The notes beneath the pieces were generated by a model that worked only from the letters and a program-made list of their open reading frames with translations, did no database searches and was not told the origin of the DNA. The position numbers and the translations under genes were made by a program. From positions 1 to 56,689 of IMG/VR virus record IMGVR_UViG_3300032331_002769: a stretch of 56,689 nt of DNA; one strand, 5' to 3'. Below are positions 9,758-20,300 of the stretch, piece by piece. Positions within the stretch are counted from its first letter, which is position 1; every line of letters begins with the position of its first letter. The stretch comes from a virus (taxonomy: Duplodnaviria; Caudoviricetes).

Positions 9758-10442
9758 AGTTTTAGAACTGTTTGCTGGAAGTAGATCTATTGGAAATGTA
9801 GCCGAAAAAAACGACTGTCAAGTTTTTTCATCAGATATAAATAGTTTTGAAAAAATAGATTATGTGATTGATATTTTGGAGTTTGAAGTTGGTAAAGTTC
9901 CATTTGTTCCAGACATTATATGGGCTTCTCCTCCTTGTACTTTTTTTTCGGTTGCATCTATTGGACATCATTGGAAATTAGAAACAATTGGAAATACTCA
10001 ATTGCATACACCAAAATCAAGTAATGCCTTGATTGGAGTAGAAATTGTCCTAAAGACATTGGAAATAATTGATTACTTTTTAAATAAAAACCCAAGTCTT
10101 ATTTGGTACATTGAAAATCCAAGAGGTAAACTACGAAAATTAAATGTTATGTTGAACTTGCCTAGAACAACAATTATGTATTGCCAATATGGGGATAATA
10201 GAATGAAGCCAACGGATATTTGGAGTAACAATATATTTTCATTGTTTAATCAAAATGTATTTATTCCAAAAACTTGTTTTAATGGCAATACCAAGTGCCA
10301 CCACGAAGAAGCACCCAGAGGCTCAAAAACTGGAACACAAGGGTTGAAAAACGCATATACACGAAGTAAAATACCAAATGCTTTGTGTGAGCAAATTATT
10401 GAATCAGCAATTAATAAGTTAACAAACAAATCAAATAAATAA
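9744..10442 (+). CDS. C5-cytosine DNA methyltransferase (short form)
   Basis: VLELFAGS (motif I), IIWASPPC (motif IV), IENP (motif VI). Confidence 0.85.
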   Translation: MQKIKVLELFAGSRSIGNVAEKNDCQVFSSDINSFEKIDYVIDILEFEVGKVPFVPDIIWASPPCTFFSVASIGHHWKLETIGNTQLHTPKSSNALIGVEIVLKTLEIIDYFLNKNPSLIWYIENPRGKLRKLNVMLNLPRTTIMYCQYGDNRMKPTDIWSNNIFSLFNQNVFIPKTCFNGNTKCHHEEAPRGSKTGTQGLKNAYTRSKIPNALCEQIIESAINKLTNKSNK

Positions 10443-10444
10443 TT

Positions 10445-10648
10445 ATGGAAATTCTTAAAGGAAACAGAATCAATGAATGTCTATATCAAAGAAATATGAC
10501 AAGAGCAGAGCTTATTGAATTGACACAAATAGATCCAAGCTATATGTCAAAAATCATCAATGGGAAAAAGCAAAACTTAAATTTAACAACCGCATTGACA
10601 ATAAGCAAAGCATTAGACTTTCCAGTAGAAGTTGTTTTTATATTTTAA
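10445..10648 (+). CDS. XRE/Cro-family HTH regulator
   Basis: MTRAELIELTQIDPSYMSKIINGK...TALTISKALD. Confidence 0.85.
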   Translation: MEILKGNRINECLYQRNMTRAELIELTQIDPSYMSKIINGKKQNLNLTTALTISKALDFPVEVVFIF

Positions 10649-10661
10649 AATTTTAAAAAAT

Positions 10662-10886
10662 ATGCTTCCTAAAAAGTACGACTTAAAAGTATTGGTTTCT
10701 AAATTTCATTTTTGCTTTTGGATAGGTTTAAATCAAATAACACTAGAATCAAAAGAAGTAGAAATTTATACAATGCAATGTTTTTACCCGAAAAAAAATA
10801 ACACAAACGCAAAATTTATTCCTCTAAAAATGGCAAATGTTAAACCGCAACCATTTTCTATTCAAATCAAAAACAAAAAAAAATAA
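10662..10886 (+). CDS. Hypothetical protein
   Basis: ATG after TTTTAAAATTTTAAAA motif. Confidence 0.55.
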   Translation: MLPKKYDLKVLVSKFHFCFWIGLNQITLESKEVEIYTMQCFYPKKNNTNAKFIPLKMANVKPQPFSIQIKNKKK

Positions 10887-10888
10887 GT

Positions 10889-11035
10889 ATGAAATTTAAA
10901 GTTGGACAAATCGTTTACTACAAAGGACTTTCTGGAACAGTTATAGAAATCATTTCAGAGAAGAAAAAAACTTACAAGTTGTTAGTTTTCAACAATCCAG
11001 TAATTGTTAATGAAATTGAATTAAAAGATGCGTAA
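10889..11035 (+). CDS. Small SH3/KOW-like protein (48 aa, not in ORF track)
   Basis: MKFKVGQIVYYKGLSGTVIEI; AAATAAGT-ATG start. Confidence 0.6.
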   Translation: MKFKVGQIVYYKGLSGTVIEIISEKKKTYKLLVFNNPVIVNEIELKDA

Positions 11036-11513
11036 AGAATCTTTAGGTCAAACGTGGACAAATAACAATGCTTTTAAACCTCTATCAGAAAGCCAGTTTG
11101 AGTTGGACTATTCAAGAAAGATTTACATATTTGATTTAGTTCCAGTTGGAGCAGTTAGAATGACACAATCTGATAAATGGAAAACAAATCCTAATCACGC
11201 TGATCCAAATAAAAGACAAAGAGCAGAAGTAACAAAGTATTTCAATTTTAAAAACAATTTGAAACACCAAGCAAAAATGCTCAATTATGAATTGGGAGAT
11301 ACATTAGAAATAATTTTCCTTGTTCCTATGCCAAAAAGCTGGAGTAACAAGAAAAAAGAAAAAATGAATAAGCTTCCAGTTAAGACACGTCCAGATATTG
11401 ACAATTATGAAAAAGCGTTTATGGATTCGCTTTCTAGTGAAGATGGAAATGTTTGGAAAATTAATTCAGAAAAAAGACACGCCTATCAAGGCTCAATAAT
11501 TGTTTACAAATAA
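11028..11513 (+). CDS. rusA: RusA-family Holliday junction resolvase
   Basis: PMPKSWS, RPDIDNYEKAFMDSL..EDG catalytic pattern. Confidence 0.85.
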   Translation: MRKESLGQTWTNNNAFKPLSESQFELDYSRKIYIFDLVPVGAVRMTQSDKWKTNPNHADPNKRQRAEVTKYFNFKNNLKHQAKMLNYELGDTLEIIFLVPMPKSWSNKKKEKMNKLPVKTRPDIDNYEKAFMDSLSSEDGNVWKINSEKRHAYQGSIIVYK

Positions 11514-11521
11514 AAATAAAT

Positions 11522-11686
11522 ATGAAAGCAGAAATCATAAATAATTGGAAAGACGAAGAAGTAATGCTTTTAATTCCAGTTGTAGTAATTGAGTTTAAAA
11601 AAACTGGAGGTATAGCCTTTGGTTGGTTAACTCATACAATTTTAATTAAATGGGGACAAAATAAGAGTAACCCAGAACAAAAATAA
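11522..11686 (+). CDS. Small hypothetical protein (54 aa, not in ORF track)
   Basis: Fills the gap between rusA and the methylase. Confidence 0.55.
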   Translation: MKAEIINNWKDEEVMLLIPVVVIEFKKTGGIAFGWLTHTILIKWGQNKSNPEQK

Positions 11687-11689
11687 AGT

Positions 11690-12322
11690 ATGAAAGTAGA
11701 ATCAATAGTGCATAACAAAAATTGTATGGAAGATTTAATAAATTATCCAGACAACTATTTTGATTTAGCAATAGTAGATCCTCCTTATCAAATAGGGCTT
11801 AATTCTTCAACATATAATGGAAGTGGAAAATTAAAAAATAGAGTTTTAAATCAATCAGCAAAAAAATTTGAAGCTTGGGATTTAAAACCACCTCCAGAAT
11901 ATTTTGAACAACTTTTTAGAGTTTCAAAAAATCAAATAATTTGGGGAGGAAACTATTTTGAACTACCACCTACACGTTGCGTAATTGCTTGGGATAAAAT
12001 GCAACCATTTCCAAATTTTAGTCAAATAGAAATGGCTTGGACTTCTTTCGATAAACCAGCCAAATTATTTAAGTACGATAATAGAACTGGCGGTAAAATC
12101 CACCCAACGCAAAAACCAATTGAATTATATGCTTTTTGCTTGAATAACTTTGCTAAAGAGGGAGATATAATACTTGACACTCATTTAGGCTCTGGAAGTA
12201 GCCGAATAGCTTGTCATTTGCATAATTACACTTTTGTTGGATATGAAATTGACAAAGAATATTTTGATTTACAGAATCAACGATTTAAGCCTTATTTTAA
12301 TCAACAACAATTTCAATTTTAA
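11690..12322 (+). CDS. N6-adenine/N4-cytosine DNA methyltransferase (beta class)
   Basis: DPPY, then HPTQKP and DTHLGSGS SAM-binding motif. Confidence 0.92.
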   Translation: MKVESIVHNKNCMEDLINYPDNYFDLAIVDPPYQIGLNSSTYNGSGKLKNRVLNQSAKKFEAWDLKPPPEYFEQLFRVSKNQIIWGGNYFELPPTRCVIAWDKMQPFPNFSQIEMAWTSFDKPAKLFKYDNRTGGKIHPTQKPIELYAFCLNNFAKEGDIILDTHLGSGSSRIACHLHNYTFVGYEIDKEYFDLQNQRFKPYFNQQQFQF

Positions 12323-12325
12323 AAA

Positions 12326-12628
12326 ATGGAAAGAATTTATATTAGCGGTAAAATTACTGGCTTAGAAAATCCAGAAGAAATGTTTAATCAAGCTGAAAAA
12401 ATATTGACAGAACAAGGCTATGACGTAGTAAACCCAATGAAACTTAATCATTCCAAACACGACAAAAGTTGGGAGGAGTTTATGAAAGTTGATTTACACT
12501 CCTTACTTCATTGCGACAGTATTTATATGCTAAAAAATTGGCATAAAAGCAAAGGAGCAAGACTAGAACGTGTAATTGCAAAAGAACTAAATATGAAAAT
12601 TTACCATCAAACAACGTGGCAAAAATGA
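12326..12628 (+). CDS. DUF4406 / nucleoside deoxyribosyltransferase-like protein
   Basis: IYISGKITG, VVNP, CDSIYMLKNWHKSKGARLE. Confidence 0.85.
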   Translation: MERIYISGKITGLENPEEMFNQAEKILTEQGYDVVNPMKLNHSKHDKSWEEFMKVDLHSLLHCDSIYMLKNWHKSKGARLERVIAKELNMKIYHQTTWQK

Positions 12629-12753
12629 AAACAATTTTAAAAAGAATCCAATGTTTTTTTCTAGGACACCAATACAGATATTTGTGGGGAAATTACCATT
12701 CAAGTAAAGACACTTTTGAGTGTGAAAATTGTGGTAAAAGAAAAGAAGAATAA
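12625..12753 (+). CDS. Small zinc-ribbon protein (42 aa, not in ORF track)
   Basis: CFFLGH...CENCG; ATGA overlap with previous gene. Confidence 0.6.
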   Translation: MKTILKRIQCFFLGHQYRYLWGNYHSSKDTFECENCGKRKEE

Positions 12754-12845
12754 AATACACCTCTATCGCTTACTATTATAGTTTCGATTTTTTCCGAATC
12801 CTAATTAAATAAAAACTCCGAGATTTTAAGAGAATATCGCAAAAA

Positions 12846-12873
12846 AAATAGGTGCAATAATTTGCACCTATTT
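12846..12873. terminator. Bidirectional intrinsic terminator
   Basis: Perfect 12-bp stem AAATAGGTGCAA/TTGCACCTATTT between convergent operons. Confidence 0.75.
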
Positions 12874-12892
12874 ACCAATATTTTGCACCTAT

Positions 12893-13372
12893 TTACTTTG
12901 TTACTTCGATTTCAGATTTATCTGGCTTAACAATTGTAAATTCAACTCTCCTATTCTTTTCTCTACCCTCTGGAGTAGTGTTTGAAGCAATTGGTTTACT
13001 TTCTCCAAAACCATCGGTTACAACCTCATTAACAATTCCAGATTTTAATAAGTAATTTTTTACTGCTTCTGCTCTCTTTTTTGATAGCATAAGATTTGTT
13101 GATTCTGAACCTTGATTATCAGTGTGTCCAACAATTTTTAATTTCCAGTTTGGTGCTTTTTTCAAAACATTTACTAAATCGTCTAATGAAGCAAAGGAAT
13201 TGTCCTTAATAATTGCCTTTCCAGTTTCAAAAGTTAAATTATCAAAAACGTCTTTTAGAACTTCAATTTCATTTTTCTTTTTTGGTCGAAAATAAAAGTA
13301 AGTTCCAACTGCCAACCCAATAAATAAAGCTACAATTAGCAATTGTTTGTTGTTATCTTTTTTTTGAGCCAT
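12893..13372 (-). CDS. OmpA-like peptidoglycan-binding protein with N-terminal membrane anchor
   Basis: FETGKA, IVGHTDNQG, NLMLSKKRAEAV, GFGESKPIASN, GREKNRRVEF. Confidence 0.93.
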   Translation of the reverse strand: MAQKKDNNKQLLIVALFIGLAVGTYFYFRPKKKNEIEVLKDVFDNLTFETGKAIIKDNSFASLDDLVNVLKKAPNWKLKIVGHTDNQGSESTNLMLSKKRAEAVKNYLLKSGIVNEVVTDGFGESKPIASNTTPEGREKNRRVEFTIVKPDKSEIEVTK

Positions 13373-14058
13373 TATGAAACAATTTTATCATTTACTGCAA
13401 TGTCCAACGCACCATTTTTACCCAACATTTTTTCAATGTAAGTTTTTGTAGTACTTGGAATATTTGCAATTACTCCTTGCAAATCTTTGGTTGCAAGTCC
13501 ATTTTTTTTGAAGCCACCAGAACCCCAATTATACTTAGCAATAATTCTATCCATTCGGATTTTACCATCGTCAGTTCCCCAACTTTCGTCAATGTATTGT
13601 CCTAAAATAATAGATCCAATCAAAATGTTCAATTCTGGATTTTGCAAATCAGCTTGTGTAATTGAACGTGTTTGTCCTTTAGAATCAAACTTAATTCCAA
13701 AACTCGCCAATTTATCTTTTTCAGCTTGTGATAATCTTCCTTTCAAAAACTCTCTTGTTAATACAAAGTCAGTATTTCCGCTTCCACCAGCAAATGTTCT
13801 ATTCCATTGCATCAATCCTTGTGTCGGAGAACTACTACCTCCAGCCAACGGATTTCCACCACTTTCAACCATTGTGAAAGCCAATAGAATCTCTGCTGGA
13901 ACTTTTGAAGTTTCTGCATAATATTTGAACCATTTACCATATTTCGCCCAAGTATTAATCATTTGGTCTTTAAGTCCTTGTCTTGTTTTGTACCAGCTTG
14001 TCGGAGAGTTTAGAACTACTGGACTAACAACTGGAACTGCTAATGTTAATGTTGCCAT
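13372..14058 (-). CDS. Lytic transglycosylase (SLT domain)
   Basis: VESGGNP catalytic Glu, GLMQ, NILIGS, AKYNWG. Confidence 0.85.
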   Translation of the reverse strand: MATLTLAVPVVSPVVLNSPTSWYKTRQGLKDQMINTWAKYGKWFKYYAETSKVPAEILLAFTMVESGGNPLAGGSSSPTQGLMQWNRTFAGGSGNTDFVLTREFLKGRLSQAEKDKLASFGIKFDSKGQTRSITQADLQNPELNILIGSIILGQYIDESWGTDDGKIRMDRIIAKYNWGSGGFKKNGLATKDLQGVIANIPSTTKTYIEKMLGKNGALDIAVNDKIVS

Positions 14059-14074
14059 TTTTTAAAATTTTAAA

Positions 14075-14215
14075 TTAATTGGTTGAAACTAAGCTAATTT
14101 TTCTTTCGTTTTTTTGTGGATTTTGCGATTGAAATTTAATTCTACGCATAACAAAGTAACCACCAACTACCAAAGCGGTAATTCCAGCTACAATCCAAAG
14201 TGATTTATTTTTCAT
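14075..14215 (-). CDS. Small single-pass membrane protein (46 aa, not in ORF track)
   Basis: MKNKSLWIVAGITALVVGGYFVMRR. Confidence 0.7.
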   Translation of the reverse strand: MKNKSLWIVAGITALVVGGYFVMRRIKFQSQNPQKNERKISLVSTN

Positions 14216-14239
14216 TTTTCTCTAAATTTTATACAATGA

Positions 14240-14247
14240 CAAAAATA
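14240..14247 (-). promoter_or_regulatory. -7 box TATTTTTG for the reversed cassette
   Basis: TAnnTTTG on minus strand, 25 bp upstream of ATG 14215. Confidence 0.65.
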
Positions 14248-14330
14248 CTCTTTTAACATTAGAAAACAAAAAGTTAGTTGATTTGCTCAAAATTTAGTAA
14301 AATTGCATACTGAATTAAATTCTTACAAAA

Positions 14331-17300
14331 TTGGCAAATATCAAACAAACATCAGATGCTAAAAAAGGCGGTTTATTTGTTGGAAAATCTCACGCAGAGG
14401 GCGGTATTCCAGCGATAGTAACCGATACTGGACAACCGATTGAAGTTGAGGGAGGGGAAGCGATTATCAACAAAAAAGCAACTGCTCTACATTGGGAAGA
14501 ACTTTCTAAAATCAATCAAAGTGCTGGAAATGGAGTGCCAATTCCTCCACCAGATGAAGCGGACAAAGCATTAGAAAAGTTTGAAAACGGAGGTCAAATT
14601 ACCAATAAAGAAAAACAATTGGTTTATAACAAGTGGAAAAAAGTTGTAAATATGACTTATACGGAACTTTCTAGATACTACCACTCAAAAGACGGAAAAG
14701 ATTCTGGATTGACTGAAAGCGAAGCCAAAGAACAAGGAATTTCTTCTGGTAGAGAAAGTGCTGAATGGATTCTTAAAATGAAGAAAACCAGCTACAAAGC
14801 TTGGACAACTGAAATGTGGAAATGGGCGAACAAGCAAATTTCATTTATTTCAAGAATGTCTGGAGTTAAAGGAGATTTAACTGACGAAAAAGGTAAAAAA
14901 ACAAGAAAATACAAAGCATTACTAATTTGGGGAAACAACCCATTAAAGAAAAATGCTCCTAAATTTGAAACTGGAGGTTTAGCAAAAAAAGAAAATTGTA
15001 TAGATTTTATTAAAAATTCAGAAGCAATCCAAAACAATGGTTATTTTACAGACTTTCAAAACTTAAATGTTTATGTTGGTGCTGGAGATAAAATTGTTCC
15101 TAAAGAAATTAAATCAATATTTTTAATAACTTTTAATTCTGGAGGTCAAAAAAATCTAAAACCAATTGACACAATAAATTCACTAGAATTAGCAAATAAT
15201 TTATCAAAATTACTGAAAATTGAAATTGGAATAGCAAGGATAATTGTTTCAGAACAAACAAGTAATTCAAAGCAATTTGATATAAATTTGATAAATACAA
15301 TTAGCGATAAAAACATAATTATTGCTGATAGAGATAATATTGTTTGCACAAATATTAGTTCAGACGTTTCATTTGAAACTGGAGGAACAACAAGTCCAGC
15401 AGATGCTATTAAAGGTCTAAAAGCATTGTTGCCAATATCAAGCGATACAGAAAAAATTGAGATTGAAGCACAAATTAAAAGGTTGTCTGAACCCCAAGCG
15501 GATAAGTTTGAACAAGGTAGTAAAATTCCAGAAAAGAAATCAAAATCAACTCCAGATGATGAATTAATTGCTATTCATAATTTGTGGGCTAGTAACATTA
15601 TTGATGCTCAAAAACTTGGTGGTTTAATTACTCCTAGTATTGCAATTTTAAAACCAGAAATGAAATTTAACCAATTTGGTAACATAACTTTAATTTGTGA
15701 TAAAAACTTAATAGATCCAGCATTAAACAAGTATGGAGTTAAAGTTTTTTCTGGCGATGTTTATTCTCCAACAGTTCCTAGAAAATTGTATTATTTTGAC
15801 AAACGAAAAGCTGAAAATGTTACTTTAGAACTTCAAAATAAATCGTGGAAAATAGTTCAAGAACAAGATGGAAATTGGGCAAGATCTTTGCCTAATTATT
15901 TAGAAAACAAAATTGGAAAATACTCTAATTGGTTTAAAAATTTAGGCAATTCAACAAGTGAATTTTTATTCAAAAATTACTATGAAGATTTTAAAATATT
16001 CTTTTTAATTGACAAAGATATTCCATTCAAATTACCGAAGAAAAAAGTAGTAAGTAATATGTGGAATAATATGCCTTTTTTACTTACAGAAGAAGAAAAA
16101 AAATTCGCTAAAAAAGTATATGAACAATATCGAAATAATGAAACTAATCTAACTCCAGAAACAACTGAAAAATTTTATCAAATATTAGTAACTAGCATAA
16201 ATAACTATTTAGATAAAAACTACAATTCCGACTTAGAATTAAAAGAATATTTCAGAACCGCAATTTTTAAAAACCTTACAAGATATGCAGAGCCAGATAG
16301 CATAAGTGCTTATATTATTGATAATTTGGCTGGTTATTTATATCCAAAAGACGAATTGGACGATTCAGAATTAAAAAATGTTGTAAATAAGGTAGTAAGA
16401 TTCCATAAACAAGAATATGACGAATGGTTAAAAGACTTTATGGATCAATGGCAAGGTGCTTCCTATTTTGAACAAGGCAAGGAAAAAATGGCTTGGACTT
16501 TAGATAATTTAGTTGATGTTACAAGCGGAAAAGTAAGAGGTCAAGAAAAAACAATGGTTTATGGATTAAACAAAGCAAGGTCATTTGCTCACAAACAATT
16601 CAACAGTATTGCTGATATGAAAAAATCAAGCAATATTTTAGAAGATACAGACAAAGTATTTCCAATAACCGAAGAACAAAGAGAAGAATTTTACAAACTT
16701 TCAGAGCGTATTAAATACCAATATTCTAGTCAATGGGATAAATTAAGCGACTTGTCAAAGTCTTTAGCTGATTATTTCAAAGGTACAAGTATGTCTAGTG
16801 CATTAAGAAGAAATGGATTTTCAGCAACCGAATATGAAGTTGATTTAGCAAAGCAATTTGCTAATGAATTAAAAAATTCTCCAGTTGATTATTTTGAAGC
16901 TAAAATGCAGAGAGCAGTTAAATTAAGCGAGTTCAAATATGCAGTTGTTCCAAAATCAAAAGATTCAGAACTTGACAAAGCAATTTCTATTTTAAAGGAA
17001 AATGGAATAAAAGTTTTCAAATATTCAACTGATGAAGAACGTACAGAATTAGTTGCCGAAATAACCAAAAAGAAAAAATTAAGGTTTGAAGATGGAGGTA
17101 ATGTAGAAGAAGCTATTGATTTTTACGAAAGAACCGATTCTAACGGAACTAAAAATAGATTTAGTATTGAGGAATTAGATGATGATTATAAAGAGGTATA
17201 TCAAATACGTGGATTTAAAAAAATAGGTGGTGATGTTTTTTTCTTTTCAAGATTAAATATACACCCATTACAAAATGTATTTACTATTGAACTGCCAAAT

Positions 17301-20300
17301 GGGGAAGAAATAGGTAGAGCAACATTAAATGAAAAAGAAAACTATCTGATTAACATTAGAATAAATGAAAATTACAGAAGAAAAGGTTTGGGATTAAATC
17401 TTTATAATTTTATTGAATCTGTTACAAGTGAAAAATTAAAACCTTCTCCTGATAAAATATCAAACGAAGCAAAAAATTTATGGATTAAAAGAAATTCAGA
17501 TATTCGTTTTGAAGATGGAGGAAGCATTGAAAAATCCAATTCAGATATTTACGAAAACAACTTACTTCAAATTAGAGTTATTGGTGGAGCAAATACCTAT
17601 TATCGAAAAGTAAACAAAGAGTGGAAATTTTTATCGCCAGAAGAAGTTGATAATTTACAAGAGGGAGCTAAACACGAAATGGAACATTCTGCAACAATTG
17701 AAGCTTTCAGACGTAAAGATATTCCAATTGATATTATTGCTTCATTTATTGCATACGATCATATCAACGAAGATTATAATTACTACAAAAAACTTGACAA
17801 AGCAATCCCCGAAAAAATGGAACAAGGCAAAAAAATTAGCGATAAAACTTATACTTACGCATTAACTATTAGACCATTTGATATTGGCACATATCCAAAA
17901 CAAAACTTTATTCGTTACGTTGAAGAAGAAGAAGATAATTATAAATTTGGACTTTTAGAATATTCAGAACCATTAGATGATACTGCAATAAATCATTATA
18001 GTTTAGCACCAGTTTCAGAATTATTAGAATACGATGGAGTAGTTTTTGATTACTACGATGGAAATACTGGAAAAGCTAAAATTAAAAGAACAAATGGCAA
18101 TATTCCTTACGTTGAAGTTGAGTTATATGACAAAGACATTCCTAATGAAATTTCAGAAAACTATGATTTATCTGGAGAGGAATTTTTAAGAAATATAAAA
18201 TCTAGATGGAAGTTAATTGCTGAAACATCAATTAAAGAAAACCAAGAAGTCAACCCAGAAACAACAAATTTAAGTACATCAGTAGAAAGTTTAAGTACAC
18301 CACCTCAAAATTCAAGTACACCAGTTATTGAAGAAATAAAAGAAATCCCTATGGAAAAAGAACAAGATATTAATTCTGGATCTTCCGTTACCAATTGGAA
18401 CGAAGTGCCAGTTCGTTGGAAAAATGTAAAAGCAATTCGTCCAATTACATTTAATTTAAACCCATTTGACAAAGGTTTAAATACAATTGTTAAACAATTT
18501 TTAGGCGATGATTCATTACGTCCAGTAATGACAACAATCCATTTTGCTGACAAAGGTTTAGTTGTAACAGATGCTCATAAGTTATTACACATTGCCTACA
18601 AACATTCAGACTTTAAAGGAAATTATGCTACGCAAAATACATTAAAAGCTTATAAAAATTCTGGATTTAGAGGAACAGAAAAAATTACCTCAATTGAAGA
18701 AGCAGACAAAGTTGTAAAGCAAGAAAAATATCCTAATTGGGAAGCGGTAATTCCTAGAGAAAATCCATTTGTGTATGAAATTGACACAATGAAATTGTAC
18801 CAGTACACAAAAGTTGCTATTAATTATGCAAATAAAACTACTACACAAGTAGCTTATAAATTCGCTGATGGAAAAGCAATTGGTTTTAATGGAAAATTTT
18901 TGATTGAAACTTTAGAAGCAATGATGAAAATACAAAATTGTCCTAAAGTGTACATTCATTTGTCCGAGCCAAGCCGAGCTGGAATTATTTCTTTTGAAAA
19001 AAATATCACTCCTACTGGAAATACATTTGCACTATTAATGCCAGTAATGGTAAATAGAGAGGGGAAAGATTTAAGTCTTAGTCAACTTTTAGGTGCATAC
19101 GACTACGATTATGGAAAATCAATAAGTTGTTATTTTGACTTTACAGACAGTCAAATCCATAATGCTAACGGAACAATATCTGAATACAAAGAAAGCTACG
19201 GAGATAGCCAAGAAATGCCTTTGGCGTTAATTACAATGCTTGATAAATTTATCAAATCCAGCAAAAATTATATTGAAATACTTAATTATGTTTGTGTTGA
19301 TGGAAACGGTATTAGAGTTTCTAAACTTTCAGATGGAATGATTGAAATTGCAAACGATTGGAATATTCCACAAGGTTTATACACTATTCAAAAAAATGCC
19401 TTTGTAAAAAATACTTTTGGTACAGATGTTTCCGAATTTCCAAGATTAGTGGACAGAGTTTCTACAAAAGAACCAGTTTTCTCAATGGATACAGAAGCGT
19501 TTAAGTTTTATGTTTTAAAAGCTTCGGAACATATTGGCGATGATGATTTACGTCCAGTAATGAAGTCTATTTTATTTCAAAAAACACTAGGAACAAGCGA
19601 TTTAGAAATAGTTTCAACAAATGCAATAACACTATTTCACGCAAACGTGAGTAAGTATGCCGAAAACGTAAATGCTGATAAATTTAGATTTCAAATTGGT
19701 AATGTAAAATTGTTATTAAATTTTATCAAAAACATTGAAACTGATAAAGTACATTTTTACATTAATGAAACCAATTACAGAATTGATGCTGGAAGAACAC
19801 ATTTTGAATCAAGATTAGAAGATGGTAAATACCCTAATTGGGAAGCAGTTACTCCACATAATTTCACAAATCAATTATCTTTCAACATTAAAGATTTATT
19901 AGAGTGTGTAAATAATGAAGCTTCAAAAATGTTTGTAAAAGAAGAAGAATTAAAAAAATCAAACATTATTATTTACAACCAAAATGATAAAATTTTCCTT
20001 GCTAAAATTCCAGAAAGAAACCAAGAAATTTCAGTTATAAAAGAAGTTTGTGAAATAGCTATTAAAAAAACAACTTTTGATGCTACGAAAGTATTTAATA
20101 AGTCAAAAGAAAATTTCATATTAGTGATGCCAATGATGTTTACTAATGGCAACTACTTCAACTTTAATTTGGAAGCATTAAATTCAGCGATTTCAACAAT
20201 TGGAAAAGAAAAAGTTTTGGTTGACTACACCGACTTAAATAGAGCCTATTTGTTCACTTCTGATAACCTTGATTTTAAAACTTCTGACGTTTATAAGCCG

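Noticed and set aside
13487-13921. Antisense and alternate-frame ORFs in the track (e.g. 13487..13921, 24679..25143, 37860..38376, 21215..21619)
   Set aside because: Shadows of well-supported genes with no motifs or start context.
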